Source: Candidatus Marinacidobacterales bacterium (lineage in GTDB: Bacteria > Acidobacteriota > Vicinamibacteria > Marinacidobacterales > DATDRI01). Taken from it: a DNA stretch of 64,000 nucleotides. The position numbers and the translations under genes are program-made. The notes under the pieces were generated by a model. The model searched no databases and was not told where the DNA came from. It saw only the letters and a list, made by a program, of their open reading frames with translations. The stretch lies in the NCBI GenBank assembly GCA_965226495.1, contig OZ245365.1:4672001-4736000 (forward strand). Direction: 5' to 3'. Positions 7,929-16,620 of the stretch are shown here, one piece after another (position 1 is the stretch's first letter; every line of letters starts with the position of its first letter).

Positions 7929-10508
7929 CTATTGAACGTAACCGAGCGAGCGTAGCTGCTGAAGCTGATCGGGAGAAAGCGCGACGCCTTCCGCCGCTTG
8001 GAACTGCGTAGCCAGCGCCTGATGGGCCTCCCACTGAGCTTGGAGTCGCTTGCGGTATTCCTCGACGAGCTCGGGGTAGCGTTCGTTGACGTTGTGCAAA
8101 GCGTAGGGGTCGGAGAACAAATCGTACAGCAGCAGCCGCGGGGTCTCGGCAAAATAAGGATGAGTGGCACCCCAGCGTCCTCCCGCCGGGATCGCATGAC
8201 GGCCGAGGTCGGGATCGGCGCCTTCCTTCACGGGACTGATCTCTAAAGACGCGCCCCAGCGGCCATCGATCATCTCGATGTTGCCGAACCATTCACCGGT
8301 TTCTGCATCGACGCGGAACTCGTCGAAGATGACGGGACGTTGTTCCCACCCATCGTCCCCAGCAGGTCCAGCAGATCCGGCAGGCCCACGCGTCTCCATC
8401 AGCAGGGGCGCCAGCGATTGCCCTTGCAAAACCTCCGGCTGTGGCAAGCCCACCAAATCAAGCACGGTGGGCAGCACGTCGATCATCGATACCGGCTCCG
8501 CAAAGCGTTGACCGCCCGCGATGCGGCCAGGCCAAATGAAGATGAGCGGGATGCGGCTATTGAATGCCCCGAGGAGTGCTCCTTCCCAATCGGGGGGCTC
8601 CTCTTCGAGCATGCCTCTTCCGAAGCGGGAGTAGCTTCCGGCCGGATGGCCGTGGTCAGCGGCAATGATGAGCAGGGTCCGCTCCCATTCGCCGATCGCC
8701 TTGAGTCGCTCGACCAGGCGCCCGAGCTGATATTCCTGGTGCGCCATCGTCTCATCGTAAAGGCCACGGTGGCGCTCGTAAAAGGTTTGGCGAGGAATGC
8801 TCTCGCGTTCCAGAGCATGGCGATACGCGGCGAAGATGCTGGTCAGCTCCAATTGCTTGCTGAACATCTTCCCCTCCCACTGGGAGAGCTCGGCACTTTG
8901 CTCCGGCGAGACGTACAAACCAGCGAAGGGAGGCACCGGGCGATAGGGCCAGTGGACGTCGGTCGTTTGAAAGTGCGCCCAGTACGGCTCGGCGCCGTAC
9001 TGTTCGCGAAACCGCCAGAAGTCTTCGTGAAGCTCTTTCGAGGATTCCGAATGGTGACCGCCCAAGTGCTCGACAAGAACGTCCATCCCGCGCTCTATGC
9101 CGATAAGCCGGCCGGCGTTGGGGTTGGTGGTAAAAGAGGACGTCAAGTATCCGGCGTCGTGCAAGTGCTCCGCCATGGTCTTGGCGCTCAGCGGCACTGG
9201 TGAAGAGTAGACGCCGCGGCTCAGCCCACCCAGGACGCTGTGCTGGAGCGATGTCATGAACGATGCGGTCGACGGTTGCGTCCAGGTCGAGTTGCTGTAG
9301 GCGCGCTCGAACACCGCTCCTTCCTCGGCCAACCGCTCCATGTTCGGCGTGGTGCGGCGGTTGTATCCGTAAACACTCATGAAGTCCGCACCGGCCCCAT
9401 CGATCACATAGAAGATGACGTTCGGCTTGTCGGATCGGTGATCGCCGCCCAGCGTCGGGGCGCCCCAAAGAGCTACCGTCCCTTCGCGCTCCGCGTCGGC
9501 TTCGAGAGAAAGTGTTATCGGTTTTCCTTCATAGGCTTCGTAGCTCGAAAGATCGACGCTGACTGGTCTCCAACCAGCGGGGTCGCCGTAGGAGTCTTCG
9601 AAAACGACCTCGGCCTCTTCTCCATCGACTTCCGCGGTGATCTTGAAATCGACCGGAATGTCAGACCGCACGACTCCCAGCTCGAGATCTAATCGACCCC
9701 CTGGTGGTACGTTCACGTGATAGCTCATGCGGGCCGGTGTGTGCGCAAAGAGTGTCCGTCGCACCGAGTTCTCCCGCGCCACGCTCTTGACACCGTAGGG
9801 GTCTCGGAAGGCGCTGCCCGAAGGGACGGCACTTATTGAAACGATCTCGAAGCTCGCTTCTTCGAGCGCGCCGACGGCAATGCCCAAATGCTTCCAGGGC
9901 TTGTCTTTGCCCACGGATTCGGGGCTCATGGCTTCGGGGCGCGTCACAGGGAAGACATATGTCTGCAACTCCCCGTCACTGAATACCGGTGTCCTCGACC
10001 ATGCCAGCCAAGTGGGAAACCATGTCGGAGGGCATGACGCCACCTTCAAACTCGAAGCCGATCACCATGCCCCAAACCGGATCCGACGTGCGGGCGCGCA
10101 GCACGATCGCTTCCCAATCATCGAAATCCCAATCGTCGAGCTCGGTGTAGAGTCCCCCGATGACCAGCATGCCGGCTCGACCCAACTCGAGGAGGGATAG
10201 GCTCAAAGCGCCGTCTATACTCGCGAGCTCCGTCGAGTTGCGTTTCCCGACCGGCCCGGAATCGACAATGGCCTCCATTCTGGCCGCGGCTCGTCGAACT
10301 TCCACTCGACTTCTCGGAGAGCCTCGGTGGCAGGCCCGGCACTCTCGATCTCCGCCGCCTCGAGATGCTGCTCGAGATGGAGGGCGGTATCCGAATCGAG
10401 AGGGCCAGGCGGGCGTCCGCATCCACCACTGCCCCAACAGGCAAAGACCGGCAATAGGCCGGACAGGATCAACGGCGCAACGTACCGGTGGTAGCGCTTC
10501 AATTTCAT
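7929..10508 (-). pseudogene. Sulfatase-like (alkaline phosphatase superfamily) lipoprotein with two apparent frameshifts (~10250, ~10010); catalytic part 7929-10049 intact
   Basis: Lipobox leader in ORF 10215-10508, middle part in ORF 9976-10437, catalytic domain KPNVIFYVID..RRTTPNM..ADHG..LRSLGYVQ in ORF 7929-10049. Confidence 0.72.
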
Positions 10509-10520
10509 CAGCGGCGGGAG

Positions 10521-11885
10521 CTAACCGTCGGTCTCTTGTGCGATCTTATACTGCTCGAGCTTCTTGTAGAGATTGCTTCGGGGGGTTCCGATGACTTGAG
10601 CGGTTTGGGAGATGTTCCAGTCGTTTCCCCTGAGCTTCGCAACGAGAAACGCTCTCTCGCTTACTTCTTTGAACTCCTTCAGGGTTCCGACGCCGAGGTG
10701 GTCAACCTGAACGAGCTCGCTGGGGTAACGGATGCTCTCGGGAAGATCCTCGACTCCGATGACATCGCTGTCGGACATAATGAGCATGCGCTCTACCGTG
10801 TTGCGCAGCTCGCGGATGTTTCCTTTCCAAGAGTACTTCTGGAGTCTCTCCAACGCCTCGGTGGAGAACTTTTTCTTCCGTAGGTGATCCTCTGTCGAGA
10901 ACACCTCGATGAAATGTGCCACCAAAGCAGGGATGTCTTCGCCCCGCTCTCGCAGGGAAGACATCTCGATGGGGATGACCGACAGGCGGAAAAAAAGATC
11001 TTCGCGGAAGTTTCCGGCGGCGATCTCATCCTCCAGTCTCTTGTTGGTGGCGGCGATCACTCGCACATCGACTTTGTTCGTCGCCGCGGAGCCCACGCGC
11101 TCGACTTCGCCTTCCTGCAACACTCGAAGCACCTTGGCTTGCGTGCGGGCGCTCATGTCCCCAATTTCGTCGAGGAAGATCGTGCCGCGATGGGCCTGCT
11201 CGAATTTCCCTACCTGTTTGGTGGTGGCTCCGGTGAACGATCCCTTCTCATGCCCAAAGAGCTCGCTCTCGATGAGGTCTTCGGGAATGGCGGCGCAGTT
11301 GACTTGAACGAAGGGGGCGCGGGCTCGATTACTGTTGCCGTGGATCGCGCGCGCCACCAGCTCTTTTCCGGTCCCCGACTCGCCGGTGATGAGAACGGTC
11401 GCATTGGTGGGTGCCGAGCGGCGAATGGCCTCTCCGACTTTGTCCATGGCTTTGCTGGAACCGACCATCCGGTAACGGCGCTCGAAACGAAGCCGTAACC
11501 GGCCGACTTCTTCCTCCAGCTCCTTCCGCTCGGCGGCATTTCGCACCGCGAGCAGCACCCGCTCGGTCTCCAAAGGCTTTTCGATGAAATCGAACGCCCC
11601 GAGCCTGGTGGCTTGGACTGCCGTCTCGACGTTTCCGTGCCCGCTTATAATGATGACCTGGGTCGAAGGTGACTTCTCTTTGAGCTGCTCCAGGACTTCC
11701 AGCCCGTCGATCCCAGGCATCTTGATATCGAGGAAGATCAGATCGGGAGGATCTTGTTCGACGGCCTTGATTGCTTCGACCCCGGACGGAGCCTCGGTGA
11801 CCTCGAAGCCCTCGTACTCGAGGGTCATGCGCATCGTTTTTCGGATGGGCTCCTCGTCGTCTACAACGAGTATTCGGGCCTTCAC
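10521..11885 (-). CDS. NtrC/NtrX-family response regulator (REC-AAA+-HTH)
   Basis: LVVDDE, DIKMP, GESGTGKE, ESELFGHEKGSFTGA, FLDEIG, Fis-type HTH. Confidence 0.93.
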   Translation of the reverse strand: MKARILVVDDEEPIRKTMRMTLEYEGFEVTEAPSGVEAIKAVEQDPPDLIFLDIKMPGIDGLEVLEQLKEKSPSTQVIIISGHGNVETAVQATRLGAFDFIEKPLETERVLLAVRNAAERKELEEEVGRLRLRFERRYRMVGSSKAMDKVGEAIRRSAPTNATVLITGESGTGKELVARAIHGNSNRARAPFVQVNCAAIPEDLIESELFGHEKGSFTGATTKQVGKFEQAHRGTIFLDEIGDMSARTQAKVLRVLQEGEVERVGSAATNKVDVRVIAATNKRLEDEIAAGNFREDLFFRLSVIPIEMSSLRERGEDIPALVAHFIEVFSTEDHLRKKKFSTEALERLQKYSWKGNIRELRNTVERMLIMSDSDVIGVEDLPESIRYPSELVQVDHLGVGTLKEFKEVSERAFLVAKLRGNDWNISQTAQVIGTPRSNLYKKLEQYKIAQETDG

Positions 11886-11985
11886 AACTTCCTACCTCTG
11901 AGCGCGGCCCCCACGGAAAGGGATGCCGAATACGGTTCGCCGGACGCGTGGCGTGAAATCAAACCGGACCTACTAGTCCAATCTG

Positions 11986-13521
11986 TCAAAACCTGTCAGG
12001 CCTGACAGGCCTGGCAGGCCGGTCTTCGGGCTGGTCAGTTCTTTCGGGGCGAACCTTCGCAATGAACGCGAAGTTTGCGCTCCGCACGACGTACAGCAGC
12101 AGCAGCTCTCCCGGACCGGCCTGCCCGATCGCTTCCCGGTAGCCACTCGGATCCGAAACGGCTCGGCGGTTGACCTCGGTGATGACGTCGCCGCGTTGTA
12201 CCCCCTCGTCCGCGGCCGGGCTTAGGGGTTTGACCCGCGCCACCATCACCCCCTGGACGTCTTCCGGCAAGCCATATCGTTGTACCGCAGCGGGAGACAG
12301 CGGCTGCACGGTGAGGCCCAACTCGTCGACGGTGTCTGGTTCATCCCTCGTCGGTTCGGGCTCCGGTCTGGCTCCTGCCATGGCTCGCTCGTCCAGAGTG
12401 GCCCGGAGTTCTAACCGTTTGCCGTCGCGATAGACGGTAACCTCGACCGGAGTCTCCGGAGCCGAAGAGCTAATCGCTCTCACCAGATCCGCTCCAGTCA
12501 ATACCGGTTCCCCGTTCACGGCCACGATCACGTCGTAACGCTTGAAGCCCCCCTTGTGTGCCGGGGAGTCCACGGTGACACGCGTGACGACCGCGCCACG
12601 CGCCTCGGGAAGCCCGAGCTGTTCTTGGTAGTCCTCATCCACGTCGTCGAGACTGACTCCCAGATAGCCACGCGACACGGCGCCGCGCTCTCTCAGTTGA
12701 GTCAAGATGTCTCTCGCGGTGTTGATAGGGATGGCGAAACCGATACCATGCCCTTGTTGGCTTACCGCGGTGTTGATCCCTACCACCTCACCTTGCGAGT
12801 TGAGTAACGGTCCACCCGAGTTTCCGAAATTAATGGCGGCATCGGTCTGAATGAAGTTATCGAAACTCGGATTCCAGAGCACCCGGCCTTTGTAGCTCAC
12901 GACGCCAACGGTAACCGTATGATCATACATGCGCAGCGGATTCCCAATGGCGACAACCCACTCGCCTACGCGTAGAGCGTCGGAGTCGCCGAGAGGGATG
13001 GCAGGGTACTCTCCAGGCTCCTCCACTTTGAGAAGCGCCAAGTCAGTCTCCCGGTCACTCCCGATCACCTTCGCACGCAGGGTCCGCGAGTCGAAGAGCG
13101 ATACATCGACGCGGTCAGCATCTTCGATGACATGATGATTGGTCAAGAGATAGCCTTCCTTATCGATGAAAAAACCCGAGCCGGAGCCTCGCCTCGGCAA
13201 CTCCAACCCTTCGTGGGGATCGGTCTCACCGAACAAATCGAAGGGATTCCTGGATGAGTCGCCGCCTCTGAGCCCCATGGTGTCGGTGCCGGTGGCGACG
13301 ATGTTCAAGACCGCGGGATTGACCTTCTCCACGACGTTGGCGAAGTCGACCAGACCGGAGAGTCCGGACGTTTTGGACTGGCCGGGGTCGGGAAACGAAG
13401 GCCGGTTGTCGGAAGAGGATCGGGCGGCGTTGGGAGCAATCGCCCCTGCCAAGATGAGGCCGAGCATGAAAGCGAAGGCGGCGGCAACGGCCGCGGCGAT
13501 CAGAAGCTCTTGTTTTTTCAT
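11986..13521 (-). CDS. HtrA/DegQ serine protease with two PDZ domains
   Basis: TNHHV, DLALLKV, QTDAAINFGNSGGPL; N-terminal TM; start may extend to 13560. Confidence 0.93.
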   Translation of the reverse strand: MKKQELLIAAAVAAAFAFMLGLILAGAIAPNAARSSSDNRPSFPDPGQSKTSGLSGLVDFANVVEKVNPAVLNIVATGTDTMGLRGGDSSRNPFDLFGETDPHEGLELPRRGSGSGFFIDKEGYLLTNHHVIEDADRVDVSLFDSRTLRAKVIGSDRETDLALLKVEEPGEYPAIPLGDSDALRVGEWVVAIGNPLRMYDHTVTVGVVSYKGRVLWNPSFDNFIQTDAAINFGNSGGPLLNSQGEVVGINTAVSQQGHGIGFAIPINTARDILTQLRERGAVSRGYLGVSLDDVDEDYQEQLGLPEARGAVVTRVTVDSPAHKGGFKRYDVIVAVNGEPVLTGADLVRAISSSAPETPVEVTVYRDGKRLELRATLDERAMAGARPEPEPTRDEPDTVDELGLTVQPLSPAAVQRYGLPEDVQGVMVARVKPLSPAADEGVQRGDVITEVNRRAVSDPSGYREAIGQAGPGELLLLYVVRSANFAFIAKVRPERTDQPEDRPARPVRPDRF

Positions 13522-13571
13522 GAACAGGCGGAGTATAGCACTCAGCCCCTTGCCGCCCAAAACGCCTTTGG

Positions 13572-14084
13572 TTAGTGTGTTTTCTGGTTGATCGCGAGCT
13601 CGAGAACAGGTGGGTTTCCGGATTCCAGAAAAGACTCAATGGCATCGACGAACGCGGAGACATCGACACCCATGAAGCGTCCGTCGACTCGGCGCAGTCT
13701 TGCGACCCCCTTTGTTGCAAGTTTCCTAGCTCCTTCGTCCCGACCAGCACGATGTTGGACGAGAGCGGCGGCAATTTGGATGAGACCTTGAAGAAACGCC
13801 CCAACGGTATCGTTGCGGCCAGTGGCTTGCCAGAGCATCTCCCACTCGGCGTGGGCTTCCCACCAGTAACCGTAATTGAACAAGTCCACTCCGTAAAGAT
13901 AAAGCTCACTCTCCCGCCAGCCTTCGGGATCGAAGGATTTCGGCGGGCATTCTGTTCTTCCATACATATGCCCCGCCGGATCGCGCTCCGGATGGGGCGT
14001 TTGGCCTGGTTGGTGTTGGTAGGGAGGGAACGCTCGTTCGGAATAGCGCCGAGCAGCGCGACGAGGCAATTTGACCACCCTCAC
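13572..14084 (-). CDS. DUF309 family protein
   Basis: GVDLFNYGYWWEAHAEWEMLW...LQGLIQIAAA; start uncertain because it falls in a repeat. Confidence 0.82.
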   Translation of the reverse strand: MRVVKLPRRAARRYSERAFPPYQHQPGQTPHPERDPAGHMYGRTECPPKSFDPEGWRESELYLYGVDLFNYGYWWEAHAEWEMLWQATGRNDTVGAFLQGLIQIAAALVQHRAGRDEGARKLATKGVARLRRVDGRFMGVDVSAFVDAIESFLESGNPPVLELAINQKTH

Positions 14085-14164
14085 CCCGGCCCTCTCCCTG
14101 AGGGAGAGGGAGTAACGGATGAAGAAACCAAAATTACCACCCTCACCCGCCGTCTGACCACCCT
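14074..14164. repeat. REP-like palindrome with degenerate copies
   Basis: CCCTCACCCCGGCCCTCTCCC-TGA-GGGAGAGGG at 14078-14110; ACCACCCT at 14074, 14136, 14157. Confidence 0.65.
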
Positions 14165-14243
14165 GTTAGGCGGGCAAACCACATTTTGACGGCTGGATCA
14201 TTCTCCAAAGAGGGAGGGAGAGCCAAAGGAGGAGGCCACCAAT

Positions 14244-15254
14244 TTACAGATTTCGCTCGATGACGTAGTCGGCCAAGGCGATGAGCGATTCCTTGTGGGC
14301 CGAGTCGGGCAGAGGAACGAGGGTCTGCTTCGCCTGCCTAGAATAGTTCTCCGCCACGCTTCGCGCCTTGTCGAGCGCCCGGTGCCGGTGCACCAGTTCC
14401 AAGACCTCTTTCCCACTCGCGTCGTCGACCGCCTTGTTGTCGATGACCGCTTGCACGATCGGTGTCGCTCGAGGCTCGGCCTGCAAGGCATAGAGAATCG
14501 GCAAGGTGACGTGCCCCTCCTTGAGGTCGGCCAGGACGGGTTTCCCTAGGACTTTTTCGTCGGCCATGAAATCCAACATGTCGTCGACGACTTGGAACGC
14601 CATTCCCAAGTTGAGCCCATATTCCGTCAGGATGCGCTCCTGCTCGTCTCCCGCCTCGGCGAGCACGGCCCCGATCCGGGAACACCCGCTGAACAGGTAG
14701 GCCGTCTTCAACCTGAGGATCTCGAGATGCTCTTCCTCGGTGATCTTCAGATCTCCTCCCCGATTCAATTCCAGGATCATGCCTTCGATCATTCTGAGCG
14801 TGACGTCGCAGATCACCTGCAGGATATTTAGGTTACCGAGCTCGATGGCCAGGCCCATCGAGCGTATATAGAGGTAGTCGCCCAGAAGTACGGTCACATC
14901 GTTCCCGAGCAGCGAGTTCACCGAAGTTTTCCCGCGTCGCAGCGTCGCCTCGTCGATGATGTCGTCGTGTATCAAGGTCGCGGTATGGATGAACTCCATG
15001 ACCGCCGCGTAGTAATGACCCTTGCCGCCCCGGTAGCCACAGAGCTTGCCCGCGAGCAGCAACAGCGCAGGGCGGATCCGCTTGCCTCCGCTCTGATAGA
15101 CGTAGCGGCTGCTCTGCTGGATTAACTCAACGTTGCTGTTGATGTTTTCTTCGATGAACTCGTCTACCTGCGTCAGCTCCTCTTGCACCTCCGCGAAGAT
15201 GTCGTCGAGGTCAATCTGAGGCCAGGCGGGTCGGCTGGGTTCGGGAGCCTGCAT
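14244..15254 (-). CDS. ispB: Polyprenyl diphosphate synthase
   Basis: GGKRIRP, HDDIID, RRG, FQVVDDMLD. Confidence 0.9.
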   Translation of the reverse strand: MQAPEPSRPAWPQIDLDDIFAEVQEELTQVDEFIEENINSNVELIQQSSRYVYQSGGKRIRPALLLLAGKLCGYRGGKGHYYAAVMEFIHTATLIHDDIIDEATLRRGKTSVNSLLGNDVTVLLGDYLYIRSMGLAIELGNLNILQVICDVTLRMIEGMILELNRGGDLKITEEEHLEILRLKTAYLFSGCSRIGAVLAEAGDEQERILTEYGLNLGMAFQVVDDMLDFMADEKVLGKPVLADLKEGHVTLPILYALQAEPRATPIVQAVIDNKAVDDASGKEVLELVHRHRALDKARSVAENYSRQAKQTLVPLPDSAHKESLIALADYVIERNL

Positions 15255-15262
15255 GGGTCGTC

Positions 15263-15754
15263 CTAGCGGTAGTTCGTGAACTCCATGTGAATGTCCATGT
15301 CGGTATCACGTAGTAGTTGAATGATTTTCTGCAGATCGTCTCTATTTTTGCCAGTCACTCTCAACTGCTCGCCCTGAATCGAGGCTTGCACCTTGAGTTT
15401 GGTGCCCTTGACCACCTTCACGATCTCCCGTGCCTTCTCAATAGGGATGCCACTTTGGAGCTCGACGCGCTGCTTGACCGTCCCCCCGAGGGCAGACTCG
15501 ATCTCACCGGGTTGAAGCGCCTTGAGAGAAACCTTCCGCTTGATCAGCTTCCCCTTCAAGACCTCCATCGCACTTTTCAATTTGTACTCATCGCTGGAGG
15601 TCAAAGCGAGATGGCCTTCCTCCAGCTGTATCTCCGTCTTAGACCCTTTGAAATCGAAACGGTTCTGGATCTCTTTGCCCGCCTGCAGGACGGCGTTTTT
15701 CACCTCCTGCAGGTCCACTTCGGAAACAACATCAAAAGAATGGTCAGGTGGCAT
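15263..15754 (-). CDS. yajQ: YajQ family c-di-GMP-binding protein
   Basis: SFDVVSEVDLQEV, RFDFKG, IQGEQLRVTGKNRDDLQ, FTNYR. Confidence 0.95.
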   Translation of the reverse strand: MPPDHSFDVVSEVDLQEVKNAVLQAGKEIQNRFDFKGSKTEIQLEEGHLALTSSDEYKLKSAMEVLKGKLIKRKVSLKALQPGEIESALGGTVKQRVELQSGIPIEKAREIVKVVKGTKLKVQASIQGEQLRVTGKNRDDLQKIIQLLRDTDMDIHMEFTNYR

Positions 15755-15852
15755 AGGGCACCCATTATTACGGAAATCGCTCTGTCAATCAATTCAGCGG
15801 GCGATTCGAGGAGCGGGCAGACAGGGCGCAAGCAATTGAAGGCAAAGGGGGT

Positions 15853-16620
15853 TTAGCAGCGGAAGAAACCGCGAAAGTTAGCGTCAGTCGCAGCCTCGAG
15901 CTCATCGAGAGTGATTCCTTTGAGCTTCGCCAACGCGGCGGCCGTATCCTTTACGAAGGCAGGCTCGTTTCGTTTCCCTCGATGGGGCACCGGCGCGAGA
16001 TAGGGCGAATCCGTCTCCACGAGGAGCTTGTCCATCGGGAGATCCTTAGCGACCTCGCGCAGGGACTCGGCGTTCTTGAAGGTCAGGATGCCGGAGAAGG
16101 AGATGAGGAAGCCCAGCTCGATCGCCGCCTTGGCGGTCGCGAGATCGGCCGTGAAAGAGTGCAGGATCCCGCCGACTTCACGGGCGTTTTCCTCCCTCAG
16201 GATGGCGACCAGGTCCTCCTCCGACTGCCGCTGATGGATGATGATCGGGAGACCCCGTTTTTTCGCGACCCGTATCTGCCGTCGAAAGACATCTCGCTGG
16301 GTCTCGGGTGGGGACAAATTGTAGTGGTAGTCCAAACCGATCTCTCCGATGGCCACTAATCGAGGACGTTGACTCAGCCTCTCGAGCGTCGTCTCACCAT
16401 CGGGTCCGAACCCCTTGGCATCGTGGGGGTGACAACCTATCGCGGTCAGAAGCTCCGGATGCTCGTCTACGAGCTCGAAGGCTTTAGTGTACGTGGCCCC
16501 TTCATCCATGAGGCCCAAGGAGAGGATGGTGTCGATCCCCGCCGCTTTGGCCCGTCGTAAGACGCCGGCGCGATCGTGATCGAAGGCTTCCATCTCCAGG
16601 TGGGCATGTGAGTCAATCAT
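15853..16620 (-). CDS. tatD: TatD family hydrolase
   Basis: MIDSHAHL, GCHPH, GEIGLDY, ETDSPYLAP. Confidence 0.93.
   Translation of the reverse strand: MIDSHAHLEMEAFDHDRAGVLRRAKAAGIDTILSLGLMDEGATYTKAFELVDEHPELLTAIGCHPHDAKGFGPDGETTLERLSQRPRLVAIGEIGLDYHYNLSPPETQRDVFRRQIRVAKKRGLPIIIHQRQSEEDLVAILREENAREVGGILHSFTADLATAKAAIELGFLISFSGILTFKNAESLREVAKDLPMDKLLVETDSPYLAPVPHRGKRNEPAFVKDTAAALAKLKGITLDELEAATDANFRGFFRC

Noticed and set aside
7553-8011. Several ORFs of 65-164 aa
   Set aside because: They overlap the RNase P RNA gene and are spurious.
11985-12025. Short 9-bp tandem or palindromic repeats here and near 8360, 33790 and 60945
   Set aside because: They encode low-complexity linkers or tails and are too short to imply a system.
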